From positions 1 to 64,000 of the IMG/VR virus record IMGVR_UViG_3300035670_000026: 64,000 nt of DNA; one strand, given 5' to 3'. Every line of letters starts with the position of its first letter. Position 1 is the stretch's first letter. The position numbers and the translations under genes were made by a program. Below are positions 16,027 to 27,570 of the stretch, piece after piece. This DNA is from a virus. The notes beneath the pieces were generated by a model. It did no database searches. It had not been told where the DNA came from and worked only from the letters and a program-made list of their open reading frames with translations.

Positions 16027-16433
16027 TGGCATTTGGAGCAAAAAGAATATATCCTATAGATACCAAACCAGGAACAGGTGTTGGTGTTGCTATTCCCTTT
16101 AATGCTCCTGGTGTATTTAAAACAACTTATACTACAAGAGAAGCTACTAAATCTAATTTAATTAATTTCTTTTTAACTAATAAAGGAGAAATATATTTAA
16201 ATCCTACATTTGGTGGAGGTTTAAGAGCATTTTTATTCCAACAAATTACAGAAGGAAATACAGAAGATCTTAAACAAGATATTCAACAACAATTAGGTTT
16301 ATATTTTCCTCAAGTGGTAGTAGAATCTCTAAACATAGATTCATATCCTGATATAAACCAAATTAATATTGTATTAAAATATAATATAGCAGATACTGGA
16401 CTTAACGATACTATAGAAATAGCATTTACATAA
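16026..16433 (+). CDS. Baseplate wedge protein, gp25-like
   Basis: NLINFFLTNKGE..NPTFGGGLRAFLF. Confidence 0.8.
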   Translation: MAFGAKRIYPIDTKPGTGVGVAIPFNAPGVFKTTYTTREATKSNLINFFLTNKGEIYLNPTFGGGLRAFLFQQITEGNTEDLKQDIQQQLGLYFPQVVVESLNIDSYPDINQINIVLKYNIADTGLNDTIEIAFT

Positions 16434-18295
16434 TGGCAACTAAAAGAAAAAATATTCAATACATTAATAGAGATTTTAGTGAAATAAGAGCAAGTCTTAT
16501 TGACTATGCTAAAACCTATTTCCCTACAACCTATAATGATTTTACTCCAGCATCACCAGGTATGATGTTTATGGAGATGGCGGCTTATGTAGGTGATGTA
16601 TTATCTTTTTATCTTGATAATCAAATACAAGAAACATATTTACAATATGCTCGCCAAACAAATAATTTATATGAGTTAGCTTACATGTTTGGTTATAAAC
16701 CAAATGTAACTCAAGTTGCTACAACTTATATTGATTTTTACCAACAAGTTCCATCAAAACTTTCAGGATCAACTTATATTCCTGATTTTGATTATTCTTT
16801 ATTTATTCCTCAAAACGCAAGAATTCAATCTACTCTTAATCCTAATACATCTTTTCTAGTAGAAGACCCAGTAGATTTTTCAGTATCAAGTTCAGGCGAT
16901 CCTACAGAAGTAACTATTTTTTCAGTAGCAGGTAGTAACCCTCAATATTTTTTATTAAAGAAAACACGTAAAGCAATATCAGCTGATTTAGGTACTACTA
17001 CATTTACTTTTGGTGCACCTCAACAATTTTCAACAGTAACTATCAATGATGATAGAATTATAGGAATTCAAGATATATTCGATTCTGATAGTAATGAATG
17101 GTATGAAGTAGATTATCTAGCTCAAGAATGTATTTATAAATCAATAAAAAATACAAATCCAAATTCACCTAATCTTTTACAGTATGAGGGTGATACCCCT
17201 TATCTTCTTCAATTAGAACAGGTTCAAAGAAGATTCATTACCAGATTTATAGATTCAGGGTCTTTACAAATACAATTTGGAGCAGGTACGGCAGCTGATA
17301 CAGACGAAACTATTATCCCTAATCCTGATAATGTAGGTTTAGGTTTACCTTTTGAACAAGCTAAATTAACAACTGCTTTTTCCCCATCTAATTTTATATT
17401 TACAAAAACGTATGGTATTGCTCCTTCACAAACAACATTAACTGTAAGATATTTAACTGGTGGTGGAGTAAGTTCAAACGTCCCAGCAAATGATTTAACA
17501 ACATTAATAGGAACTAATACTCAATTCTTAAATTCAAATCTAAACTCAGTAACAGCTCAAACAGTGTTTAATTCCTTAGCAGTTACAAACCCAGAAGCAG
17601 CTGATGGTGGTGGAGACGGAGATACAATAGAGGAAATTAGACAAAATGCTTCTGCAAATTTTGCAACTCAATTACGTAACGTAACACAAGATGATTATTT
17701 AGTAAGAGCACTTTCAATGCCTGCTAAATATGGGGTTGTATCAAAAGCATATATTGAACCAACAAAAGCAGTATCATTATCGGCTGGTCAATCTAATTCC
17801 GTATTAGACTTATATATATTGTCTTATAACGTGAACAATCAATTAACCACAGCGTCTACTGCTTTAAAACAAAATTTAACTACATATTTATCTCAATATA
17901 GAATGGTTAATGATGCTGTTGCTATTAAGGATGCATTTATTATTAATATTGGAGTAAATTTTGACATCATTGTACTCCCAGAATTTAATAGTAATCAAGT
18001 ATTATTTGATTGTATATCAGCTTTAAAAGATTACTTTAGAATAGATAATTGGCAAATTAATCAACCAATTATATTAAGAGATATTTATATTCTTTTAGAT
18101 AGAATAACCGGAGTTCAAACAGTAAAAAATATATCAATTTCAAATTTGACAGGAACTAATTTAGGATATTCAGTATATTTTTATGATATAAACGCAGCAA
18201 CAATTTCAAATGTGATTTATCCTTCACTTGATCCTTCAATATTTGAAGTCAAATTTCCAAATACAGATATTCAAGGTAGAGTAGTAAACTTATAA
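16433..18295 (+). CDS. Baseplate wedge protein, gp6-like
   Basis: RDFSEIR, AYVGDVLSFY, FGYKP, GGGDGDTIEEIR, VTQDDY. Confidence 0.85.
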   Translation: MATKRKNIQYINRDFSEIRASLIDYAKTYFPTTYNDFTPASPGMMFMEMAAYVGDVLSFYLDNQIQETYLQYARQTNNLYELAYMFGYKPNVTQVATTYIDFYQQVPSKLSGSTYIPDFDYSLFIPQNARIQSTLNPNTSFLVEDPVDFSVSSSGDPTEVTIFSVAGSNPQYFLLKKTRKAISADLGTTTFTFGAPQQFSTVTINDDRIIGIQDIFDSDSNEWYEVDYLAQECIYKSIKNTNPNSPNLLQYEGDTPYLLQLEQVQRRFITRFIDSGSLQIQFGAGTAADTDETIIPNPDNVGLGLPFEQAKLTTAFSPSNFIFTKTYGIAPSQTTLTVRYLTGGGVSSNVPANDLTTLIGTNTQFLNSNLNSVTAQTVFNSLAVTNPEAADGGGDGDTIEEIRQNASANFATQLRNVTQDDYLVRALSMPAKYGVVSKAYIEPTKAVSLSAGQSNSVLDLYILSYNVNNQLTTASTALKQNLTTYLSQYRMVNDAVAIKDAFIINIGVNFDIIVLPEFNSNQVLFDCISALKDYFRIDNWQINQPIILRDIYILLDRITGVQTVKNISISNLTGTNLGYSVYFYDINAATISNVIYPSLDPSIFEVKFPNTDIQGRVVNL

Positions 18296-18300
18296 TAAAA

Positions 18301-19488
18301 ATGGCAGTATATAAAATTTTCCCAGAAAAAGACGCTACATTATATTCTCTATTCCCTAACATGAATACGGGATTAGATGAGATTATAGAGGCAACTGAAA
18401 CTTCTTTTGCATATTCAGACCCAAATCCTCAAACAAGCCGTTTTGTTATTAATTTCTCCGAAACTGAAATTGATGATTTATTAGATAATAAATTAAAAAT
18501 AACAGAAGGAGCTATTAGTTCATCAAAATTTTTAGATAACAATTATTGGAAAGTTAATTTACAATGTTTTATTGCTACTTCTACTGGGTTACAATCTAAT
18601 ACTACAGTTGAATGTTATCCAATTTCAGGAGCTTGGGATATGGGTACTGGTAGATATTTAGATGATCCTATTGCTACTAATGGTACAAGTTGGATTTGGA
18701 GAGATTATTCTGGATCTGCTAAATGGGCTATTGGTCCTACTTATGGTTCTAACGCAACAGCTTCTTATAACACAACTTATGCTGTCGCTGGAGGTGGTAA
18801 CTGGTTTACAGGTTCCGCTCAACCTTGGTTTAATTCCGATACTTATCCAATAACATCATCAGTAACTTTTGGATTTTTTAATACTAAAGATTTAAATTTA
18901 AACGTTACAAATATTATTAGAGCTCGTTCTACAGGAGCTATATCTCCAGATGGATTTATTATTAAACAAGAAGTTGAATTTATTGATAATAAAGATGTTC
19001 AACCTGAATTAAAATGGTTCTCTAGAGATACTCACACAATTTATCCTCCTGCTTTACAATTTAGTTGGAGAGATTTTGTATTTAATACTGGTTCATCTAC
19101 TCAAACTATCCAAAATACCCTTCCAGTTACAGTAACATTAGCTCAAAACCCAGGAACTTTTTATCCTCAAAGTTATAATAGATTTAGAGTGAATATTCGC
19201 CCTGAATATCCTATTCAGTTATGGACTACAAGTTCAGTCTATACAAATAATTATTATTTACCAACTGCATCTTATTGGGCTATTAAAGATTTAGATACTA
19301 ATGAAATGGTAGTGGATTTTGATACTCAATTTACTCAAATTAGTGCTGATGCTACTTCAAGTTATTTTGATGTTTGGATGAATGGTTTAGAACCTGAAAG
19401 ATATTACGCTATTTTAATTAAATCTGAAATAGCAGAAACAACTCAAGTATTTGATGATCAATATTACTTTAAAGTAATTAACGGATAA
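18301..19488 (+). CDS. Putative virion structural protein
   Basis: Beta-rich S/T-rich protein in the baseplate operon. Confidence 0.55.
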   Translation: MAVYKIFPEKDATLYSLFPNMNTGLDEIIEATETSFAYSDPNPQTSRFVINFSETEIDDLLDNKLKITEGAISSSKFLDNNYWKVNLQCFIATSTGLQSNTTVECYPISGAWDMGTGRYLDDPIATNGTSWIWRDYSGSAKWAIGPTYGSNATASYNTTYAVAGGGNWFTGSAQPWFNSDTYPITSSVTFGFFNTKDLNLNVTNIIRARSTGAISPDGFIIKQEVEFIDNKDVQPELKWFSRDTHTIYPPALQFSWRDFVFNTGSSTQTIQNTLPVTVTLAQNPGTFYPQSYNRFRVNIRPEYPIQLWTTSSVYTNNYYLPTASYWAIKDLDTNEMVVDFDTQFTQISADATSSYFDVWMNGLEPERYYAILIKSEIAETTQVFDDQYYFKVING

Positions 19489-19847
19489 TGGCTGAACAAA
19501 TAAATTTAAATAAAACCGCTTACGCTAAAACTCAATATGAAAGGGTTATTGATACTTCTTTTACTCAATTAGTTGAGCCAACTCCTGTTTCACCATTATC
19601 TATTCCCTCAATTTCGGTAGCCGATTTCTTTATCAATTACCAAGAAATTTTTTATCAAATACCTAAACTTGGAGATATAAATTCTCATGAGTATCTTATT
19701 AAAACTTCTCAAGCATATATCGGAAGTAGTCAAGCAGATAATGATACTATACAAGCATTAATTGACGAGATTACTCAATTAAGACAAGAAAATGTTGATT
19801 TACAACAACAATTAATTAGTACACAAACCACAGGAAACATTATATAA
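19488..19847 (+). CDS. Hypothetical virion protein
   Basis: Coupled ORF in the structural operon. Confidence 0.55.
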   Translation: MAEQINLNKTAYAKTQYERVIDTSFTQLVEPTPVSPLSIPSISVADFFINYQEIFYQIPKLGDINSHEYLIKTSQAYIGSSQADNDTIQALIDEITQLRQENVDLQQQLISTQTTGNII

Positions 19848-22800
19848 TGTCTGAAATAGTTAACATAATCCCTATCAACCCAACTAATTTTGAGTTACAG
19901 GAATATTCTGTAGATGATACTTCTCTCATTACAAATGTTGAGGTTCAAACATCATTCAACCCATCTACAGATAAAATAGAATATTTTGTTTATGATTTAA
20001 ATCAAAATCTTCTTTATAGTAATGTTAATGGGTATAGAGGTTACAGTTTAATAGATAATAATTTAGTTTTAGATCCGGAAACAGACCTAAAAAATTCAGG
20101 ATTTACTGAAGGACAATATAATACATTATATAATTTTGTTAGTCCAAAATTAGCATCTAGTCCTTTATTTCCTTATTTTATATCTCAAATTAGTACTGAT
20201 AGAACAGAGATAAGATTAGATACTACTTCAATCCCAAATGAACTAGTAATTACTTCTTCTTTAGAATTAACTACTAATATACAAAATTCAACCGGAAGTT
20301 ACTATGATTTTTATTTAGATTTTGGTGATAATCAACTTGTAATTGCTAATAATATTTTATTAGATACTTCAAGTATTGATAATCCAACAGTATTAATTAA
20401 ATTATATGAAGCTTTACCAATCCAATTTGATATAAATTCTCAAGTTTGGGTTGTAACACAAGTTGCGAATCCTGTAGCATACAATATTAATATTACTCAA
20501 ATATTTGATTTAGTTGATGAAACTATTAAATTAAAGGGACCTAATTTAAATATTAGTATTAAGGATCAAATTAATAATTCAACAGATTATAGTAATTTAT
20601 CTCAATTAGATTCAACTAACCAATCACAAGGTTCAGGAAGCTTACAGTACCAATTAAACAGTATGCTTGCTCAAACAGGTGTTGAGATAAATGTTGATTA
20701 TTCTGATTATACTAATTTTATTCACTTCTCCTCAGCTCAAACTCGCTTAGAGAATTTTTATTATAAATTAGCTTTAATTGAAACATATCAAGCTAGTTCT
20801 AGTATTGCGGTTGCTGCTCCTACAAACTATTATGTTTCCTCTAGTAATATAATTTGGCAAGCTAAAATTAATGAAATTATTACGGGATTTGATGATTATG
20901 AATATTACCTTTACTTTGATTCAGGTTCAACATCTTGGCCCAAAACAAATACAACACCACCTTATATAAATGATACTACAACTTCGGTTGCTGGTTTAGC
21001 GTGGTTTGCTTCTCAATCTTTAGTAGCAGAAGAATATGATTTAGAAAATAATAATGCTCTTACTAAAGCAATTCCAGGATACCTTTTAGATGATCCTGAA
21101 AATACCCAATATGAGTTATTTATAGAAATGATTGGTCAATATTTTGATACAGTATTTTTATATACTCAAGATGTTACCAACAAATATAATGCTGATAACC
21201 GTGTAAATTATGGTGTATCAAAAGATGTAGTTGCTGATATATTAAGAGATATGGGTATTAAAATATACCAAAACAACTTCTCTACAAACGATTTATACTC
21301 AGCACTTTTAGGATTTACACCCTCAGGCAGTTTATATAATTTACCTTATACGACGGGCTCATTGCCAACTCCTACGGGATATGAATATATAAACACGTAT
21401 ATAACCTCATCAGCTACGGGTTCATTGGTACCGACCGAAGACATAAATGCTGAAATATATAAACGTATTTATTCAAATTTACCATATCTTTTAAAGAAAA
21501 AAGGTACTACAGCAGGGTTAAAAGCTCTTGTTACTCTTTATGGTATTCCCGATACTATTTTACAAGTAAATGAATTTGGTGGTCAAAATAAGCTTGATGA
21601 AAATGACTATGATCTTTGGTTTGACCAATTTAATTATGCGTTTGATACTCAAGGTACTAATTATGTATCTTCTTCATTTGTATCTAATAATTCTTGGTCA
21701 CCACCAGATGGTATTCCTGCTTCTGTAGAATTTAGATTTAAAACTAGAGGATTACCTACTAGTTCTTTATATTATTCTCAAAGTTTATGGTCAACAGATG
21801 AGGGATCCTTATTACAATTAAGATATACAGGATCAGGATTAACAAGTGGATCATACTCAGGTTCAATACCTAATCCATATAATCAATTTGCATTATTAGA
21901 ATTAATTCCGGATACTACTGATCTTACTACATCCGCAAGTTTATATTTACCATTCTTTGATGGAGAATGGTGGTCTGTATTAATTAACCGATCAGCTAGT
22001 AATTTTACTTTATATGCTGGTAATAAAAATTATTTAGGAACAGATGCTAATTATACATCTTATTTAGAATCATCTTCGATAACAGGATATGCAATACCAT
22101 GGACTCAAGCTCTTATAGCTTATCTAGGTTCAGGATCATTTGGACAAATATTCTCAGGTTCATTTCAAGAATATAGATTCTACAGTGAACCATTAACTAC
22201 AGAACCATTTAGAGATTATGTAATGTATCCTTATTCGATTGATTCGAATGGAGTAAATACATCACCAGATACTTTAATATTCAGAGCATCTTTAGGAGGC
22301 GAATTATACACTAGTTCAGTATCAATACATCCTAAAATTACAGGATCTTGGGTTACAACACAATCATTTACTAGTGATAGTAATTTTAGTTTTAACTCTA
22401 CTCCTATATTTGTTAACAACAGAGAATTAGTTTACCCAAATCAGTTCCCTGCAGGTATTAAAAACAGAGTATCTAATAAAATTAGACAACAAAACGAAGT
22501 TTTACCATATAGCGGAAGTAAAGAAACAAATTTACCACAAAATACAGCTCTATCTCCATTCATTTCAGTACAACAAGATGTACCTGAAAGTGGTTCATAT
22601 ACTCCAAACATTGATTATGTTGAGGTAGCATTTTCCCCTCAAAATGAAATTAATAATGATATTGCGGGTCAATTAGGATATTTTAATATTGGAGAATATA
22701 TTGGTGACCCTCGTTTAGTATCTTCCTCAGCAGAAACATATCCTGCTTTAGATGCTTTGAGAGATTATTATTTTGAAAAATACACAGAAAATTATAACAT

Positions 22801-24823
22801 TTGGGATTATATAAGACTTATTAAATATTTTGATAACTCTTTATTTAAAATGATTCAAGATTTTGTTCCTGCGAGAACAAACCTTGCTTCTGGTGTTGTA
22901 ATTAAACAAACAACTTTAGAAAGAAATAAATATCCTGTTCCACAACTTGATACTTACACAACTTCTTCTTATTATAGTGGTAGTGGATGGGATACACCAA
23001 CAGCAACCCAAGATATTTTATTTACGGGTTCTATAGAAATGTATACAACAACAGGTTCTACAGGAGGTACAACACCTGACTTAGTTCCTGATTATGCTTT
23101 TAGAGCTGTAACATCGAGTGATGGTCAAACATATTTAGCTGAATACGGTACTCCTTTAAACCCAATGTTAAACTTAACCCAAAGTTGGTTAGGTAGTACA
23201 CCTTCTATAAGCGGTTCAGTACCATTTACTCAAAGCACAGCTATTGAATTTTTTAATGGTGAATTTAGTGGTTCAAATTTAGTAGTAACTGATGGTGAGT
23301 TAAATAATTGTAATGTAGAAATAATTGAAGTTTATACTACTGCTTCTCTTTTTACAGGTGTAAATCCTAACACAGCAACTAATTTTTATTTTACTGATTA
23401 TGATTTAAATTTTGATAAAACTTATTATTTTTCATTTACAGTAACTGAGACAAATGGTTTTGCTCCTGGATTTTTAAGATTATTAAACGCTGGTAGACCT
23501 ACAGATATTCTGTATAATAGTCCCCAAATAGCTGCTGGAGGTACTTTAATAGTAGAATATTTACAATTAAATGGAATTATTTCTCCTCTTACTTTTTTTG
23601 CAGCAGGACCATCTGCTATAAGCTTTGATATTACTAACTTTACTATTTATGAAGCTTACATTGAACCCGATTGTTTAGTAATAGAAAATAATGCTGTTAT
23701 AGGAAGACCAAACGCTAAATTATTTGATGTTGATTTTTCTTCAAATGCCATTACAGCAGTAAACGAACAAAATATTATAAGTGCTTCTAGAGGCACAGGT
23801 AGTGCTACACCAGCATCGGTACCTGAATCAAACTACACTATGCTAAGAAGTGCTAATCCAAGATATTTTGGAAGTGAAAATACTTCTCCTGCTATTAATG
23901 TAGGAACAGGAAGTACTTTACCTGCAGTTGAACAACTTGGAAAATTTGCTTTAGTATATAAAGGAGCCGAAAGATCAGATAATTTAGTTCCAAATAATAC
24001 ATTATTATTTAATATTACTGTTGGGGTAGATGAAAATAGTAATATATATCAACCACAAACTTCAAGTGTTTATGAATGGAGTTCTAAAAACTTATTCGGA
24101 AAAGATAATATTATTAAAATTACAGTACAAAATTCAGCATCTGTATCTCAAACAACATTAACTGCTCTTCAAGGAGAACAAACAGTTTTCTCACTTTTTG
24201 AATTCCCAAATTCTTACTTAACCACAACCTCAGCCTCAGCATACAATATATTTGAATATCCAAATGCTATTACTGGATCTATATATTTAGCAGTTAATAC
24301 TACCTTTGGATTTTCAGCCATTGTTAACGCTCCTTATTGGGCCACATCTTCATTCAGTCCTTTTGTTATAACATCATCAACAACGGGTGGTGCATTAGGA
24401 GAATATTTAAATTTAGCAATATCAGGAGCTGATATAGTTCAATATGGTGCTAGTACATCTCCACCACAAAGAGCAGGATTAAATGATCCTATAGATGGTA
24501 TTCTTCCAAGAGTAGGAGATATATTTTATCACCCTAATGTTTTAACTCCATTTACAGTAACTTCTGTAGGAGTTAATGGGGGAGCTTTTGAAGTAGGATT
24601 CGACCAAGCAATTCCTGTAGGTAGTGATACTGCGGCTGAATTAAATAAATTTATATTTATAAGAAACTACCAAAACTTAAATAGAATTAGTATATATTCT
24701 GATATTACAGATGTAACCCCACAAGTAGGATCAGGAGTTATATTTACTCAAAAAGAAACACAAACATTTATTGATAATTTTAGTACAATAACATCAAACC
24801 TTATATCGAAAAATTTACTTTAA
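19847..24823 (+). CDS. Large baseplate/tail protein (gp7-like motif, LamG-like domain)
   Basis: 1658 aa; LPYLLKKKGT motif; SVEFRF..WWSV..FSGSFQEYRFY LamG-like segment. Confidence 0.6.
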   Translation: MSEIVNIIPINPTNFELQEYSVDDTSLITNVEVQTSFNPSTDKIEYFVYDLNQNLLYSNVNGYRGYSLIDNNLVLDPETDLKNSGFTEGQYNTLYNFVSPKLASSPLFPYFISQISTDRTEIRLDTTSIPNELVITSSLELTTNIQNSTGSYYDFYLDFGDNQLVIANNILLDTSSIDNPTVLIKLYEALPIQFDINSQVWVVTQVANPVAYNINITQIFDLVDETIKLKGPNLNISIKDQINNSTDYSNLSQLDSTNQSQGSGSLQYQLNSMLAQTGVEINVDYSDYTNFIHFSSAQTRLENFYYKLALIETYQASSSIAVAAPTNYYVSSSNIIWQAKINEIITGFDDYEYYLYFDSGSTSWPKTNTTPPYINDTTTSVAGLAWFASQSLVAEEYDLENNNALTKAIPGYLLDDPENTQYELFIEMIGQYFDTVFLYTQDVTNKYNADNRVNYGVSKDVVADILRDMGIKIYQNNFSTNDLYSALLGFTPSGSLYNLPYTTGSLPTPTGYEYINTYITSSATGSLVPTEDINAEIYKRIYSNLPYLLKKKGTTAGLKALVTLYGIPDTILQVNEFGGQNKLDENDYDLWFDQFNYAFDTQGTNYVSSSFVSNNSWSPPDGIPASVEFRFKTRGLPTSSLYYSQSLWSTDEGSLLQLRYTGSGLTSGSYSGSIPNPYNQFALLELIPDTTDLTTSASLYLPFFDGEWWSVLINRSASNFTLYAGNKNYLGTDANYTSYLESSSITGYAIPWTQALIAYLGSGSFGQIFSGSFQEYRFYSEPLTTEPFRDYVMYPYSIDSNGVNTSPDTLIFRASLGGELYTSSVSIHPKITGSWVTTQSFTSDSNFSFNSTPIFVNNRELVYPNQFPAGIKNRVSNKIRQQNEVLPYSGSKETNLPQNTALSPFISVQQDVPESGSYTPNIDYVEVAFSPQNEINNDIAGQLGYFNIGEYIGDPRLVSSSAETYPALDALRDYYFEKYTENYNIWDYIRLIKYFDNSLFKMIQDFVPARTNLASGVVIKQTTLERNKYPVPQLDTYTTSSYYSGSGWDTPTATQDILFTGSIEMYTTTGSTGGTTPDLVPDYAFRAVTSSDGQTYLAEYGTPLNPMLNLTQSWLGSTPSISGSVPFTQSTAIEFFNGEFSGSNLVVTDGELNNCNVEIIEVYTTASLFTGVNPNTATNFYFTDYDLNFDKTYYFSFTVTETNGFAPGFLRLLNAGRPTDILYNSPQIAAGGTLIVEYLQLNGIISPLTFFAAGPSAISFDITNFTIYEAYIEPDCLVIENNAVIGRPNAKLFDVDFSSNAITAVNEQNIISASRGTGSATPASVPESNYTMLRSANPRYFGSENTSPAINVGTGSTLPAVEQLGKFALVYKGAERSDNLVPNNTLLFNITVGVDENSNIYQPQTSSVYEWSSKNLFGKDNIIKITVQNSASVSQTTLTALQGEQTVFSLFEFPNSYLTTTSASAYNIFEYPNAITGSIYLAVNTTFGFSAIVNAPYWATSSFSPFVITSSTTGGALGEYLNLAISGADIVQYGASTSPPQRAGLNDPIDGILPRVGDIFYHPNVLTPFTVTSVGVNGGAFEVGFDQAIPVGSDTAAELNKFIFIRNYQNLNRISIYSDITDVTPQVGSGVIFTQKETQTFIDNFSTITSNLISKNLL

Positions 24824-24854
24824 CATATTTATAACATATAACAAAAAATAAAAC

Positions 24855-25517
24855 ATGGGATATTTAAATAACTCAGTAGTAACAGTAGATGCAATTTTAA
24901 CCGATACCGGTCGTCAATTAATGGCACAAAATGAGGGTCAATTTAGAATTACCCAATTTGCCTTAGCTGACGACGAAATTGATTATACACTTTATAATCC
25001 AAACCACCCATCAGGTTCTGCATACTATGGTCAAGCAATTCAAAACATGCCTTTGTTGGAGGCCTTTCCTCAATCAACACAGGTAATGAAATATAAATTA
25101 GTTACTTTACCTCGTGGAACAGCTAAAATGCCAATTCTTGATTTAGGTTATAGTGCTATTATTATTAAACAAGGGGCTTCATTAGCAATTACACCCCAAA
25201 CATTAAATTACTTAGGTGGTAACACATTCGAAACAGCTGGATACACAGCAACAATTTCTGATGTTCGTTTATTTAGTACATTTGAAGGTGTAGGTATCGA
25301 TACCCCAGCAGTTCAAGCTCTTAATTTAGCCAATACAACTCAAACATTAGGTACCTCAGTATCAAAAACAGTAGTAGGTACTACAATTAACTTAAGAGCA
25401 ACTACAGTTAATACATTATTCGGTTCAAATACTCAATTACAAGCTACATTAACTGTAGAAGGTAGAGACTCCGGAGCTCGTTTAACTATTCCCGTAACAG
25501 TAACAAAAGTATCTTAA
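24855..25517 (+). CDS. Putative baseplate/tail structural protein
   Basis: DAILTDTGR..ITQFALADDEIDY. Confidence 0.55.
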   Translation: MGYLNNSVVTVDAILTDTGRQLMAQNEGQFRITQFALADDEIDYTLYNPNHPSGSAYYGQAIQNMPLLEAFPQSTQVMKYKLVTLPRGTAKMPILDLGYSAIIIKQGASLAITPQTLNYLGGNTFETAGYTATISDVRLFSTFEGVGIDTPAVQALNLANTTQTLGTSVSKTVVGTTINLRATTVNTLFGSNTQLQATLTVEGRDSGARLTIPVTVTKVS

Positions 25518-25527
25518 TATATAGACT

Positions 25528-26589
25528 ATGTCATTTACAAGATTAGAAGCAGACGATTTTGTGGTAAGTACAGATGCAGTGTCATCAACCTTATTCTCAA
25601 ATGATGCTCCCTCATTAACAACAGCATTCACCTCCTCAGCCCAACAAGCGGGTTCATCAGGAGATTTTTATTTAAATGTATTTAATACTGCTGCTACTTC
25701 TTCAATTCAATTTGCAATTGCCTATGGAAATTCCGCAGGTAGTGGTAGTGCAGTTTATAACGCTGCTGTTGATGGAAAAACACCTACATCAACCGTTTAT
25801 GGACAATGGCAAGATTTAGTGATTGGAGATGAAAATACAAACTTTACTTTTGGAGCTATTACTTCTTCTGAATTTTTTGCTATGACTTTTGAAAGAGCTA
25901 GATATAAAGATGCTTTATTCTTAGGTTCACTTTCATTAACATTATCTGGTTCATCAGGTTCAATTACTTTAACAGATAATAGTAATTATGTAACATCAGT
26001 CCAATTTACTGAAGCTGGAAGAGTATTCCAATTAATTACTGGTTCATTTGGTACTAGAGCAACTATTACCTCAAGAAATACTACAGATGGTTATTCAGCT
26101 AACTCAGGATCTTATGGTTGGTTACTACCAGACATTGGAGCTATTATTTTAAACCCCCTAGCATTAGCGGATTTTGCAACAAGTGGTGGTATTGGATTGA
26201 GCTATAGTGGCTCAGCATTTTCAGGTTCAGCTAATTATATTAGTACTACAAATGCTAATTCATCATTGTTTAGAGCAATTAGTGGTTCAATTGTAGCTGC
26301 AGGTACTACTAACGATTTTTATATTAATTCACAAGAATCTATTACTTCAGATTTTATCTTTGTAAGACCTAGAAGCTCAGCTTATAACTACTCAGAAAAC
26401 CCATCGTTTATTTCTGGTTCAACTGGTGAAGTATTATATAGTGATTTTATTAATAACCCACAGACTTATATTACAACTATAGGCCTTTATAATGATACAA
26501 ATCAATTGTTAGCTGTAGCTAAATTATCAAGACCTTTACCAAAAGATTTTACAACAGAAGCTTTAATTAGAATTAAGCTAGATTTCTAA
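25528..26589 (+). CDS. Tail-collar/baseplate-like structural protein
   Basis: C-terminal YITTIGLYND..LLAVAKLSRPL. Confidence 0.55.
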   Translation: MSFTRLEADDFVVSTDAVSSTLFSNDAPSLTTAFTSSAQQAGSSGDFYLNVFNTAATSSIQFAIAYGNSAGSGSAVYNAAVDGKTPTSTVYGQWQDLVIGDENTNFTFGAITSSEFFAMTFERARYKDALFLGSLSLTLSGSSGSITLTDNSNYVTSVQFTEAGRVFQLITGSFGTRATITSRNTTDGYSANSGSYGWLLPDIGAIILNPLALADFATSGGIGLSYSGSAFSGSANYISTTNANSSLFRAISGSIVAAGTTNDFYINSQESITSDFIFVRPRSSAYNYSENPSFISGSTGEVLYSDFINNPQTYITTIGLYNDTNQLLAVAKLSRPLPKDFTTEALIRIKLDF

Positions 26590-26594
26590 AATGA

Positions 26595-27566
26595 ATGAGC
26601 GCATACAAACAATTTCTAGCAGCAGATATTACGGTTATACCGTTTGAAGTAAATAAGTCATTCTCTTATAAAGGAAATGAACTTACTACTTCTGATGTTA
26701 GTATTGATAGATATTTAGGTTTAAATACAAGTTCATTATTTAACCCTGCTACTGATCCTACAACCGGTACAGTATATACTCAATACCAAAGATTAGTATA
26801 TGATTCTATTAAAGAATTATATTATTCAAATTATTTAAGTTCTAGTTACGGAAGTCCTGCAACTACACAAAGTTTAGTACCTGGAAACAATGTCGAGGGA
26901 AATGCATTTGTAGGGCCTACTGATTCAAGTGGAAGATATTTTAATTATAATCAAACAACATTAACCTTTGAGAAATTTTTTCCTACGGGTGCGAATGATA
27001 TAATAGGAGTAATATCTATTCCTTCAAGACTTTATGGAAATTATATTCAACCTAAATCATTTGTTTGGTCTGGAATTAGTGGTTCAATTTATGATGATGG
27101 GGAAGGAAACTTAATTTATTCATCTTCAGGTGAAATTTGTGGTCAAATATTTTATCCTCATGGAATTGCTATAATTACAAGTGATTCAAACCCAGGTTTA
27201 GATGGTTATGGATTTGCTACTTATGGTACTTCATCTTATGGTGTGGGGGATACAGCTGTTATAGAAGCATTTGTTACATCATCAAATGTAACTTGTTCAT
27301 TTTCATCTTCTCTTACAATTTATGAAACTCAATATAAATGTACTGCTAGAGAAAATGAATTTAATTTTAGTTTAAACCCCTCAGCAGTTTCCAGTTCAAC
27401 AGGAGAAGTTTATCCATTTATGACAGGTTCTTATTTTGAACCTTATGTTACAACAGTTGGACTTTACAACGAAAATCAACAACTACTAGCGGTAGGAAAA
27501 TTATCCCAACCTCTCCCTCTTTCATCTACAACAGATACAACAATACTTATAAACATAGATAGATAA
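26595..27566 (+). CDS. Tail-collar/baseplate-like structural protein (paralog of the previous gene)
   Basis: C-terminal YVTTVGLYNE..LLAVGKLSQPL. Confidence 0.55.
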   Translation: MSAYKQFLAADITVIPFEVNKSFSYKGNELTTSDVSIDRYLGLNTSSLFNPATDPTTGTVYTQYQRLVYDSIKELYYSNYLSSSYGSPATTQSLVPGNNVEGNAFVGPTDSSGRYFNYNQTTLTFEKFFPTGANDIIGVISIPSRLYGNYIQPKSFVWSGISGSIYDDGEGNLIYSSSGEICGQIFYPHGIAIITSDSNPGLDGYGFATYGTSSYGVGDTAVIEAFVTSSNVTCSFSSSLTIYETQYKCTARENEFNFSLNPSAVSSSTGEVYPFMTGSYFEPYVTTVGLYNENQQLLAVGKLSQPLPLSSTTDTTILINIDR

Positions 27567-27570
27567 TATT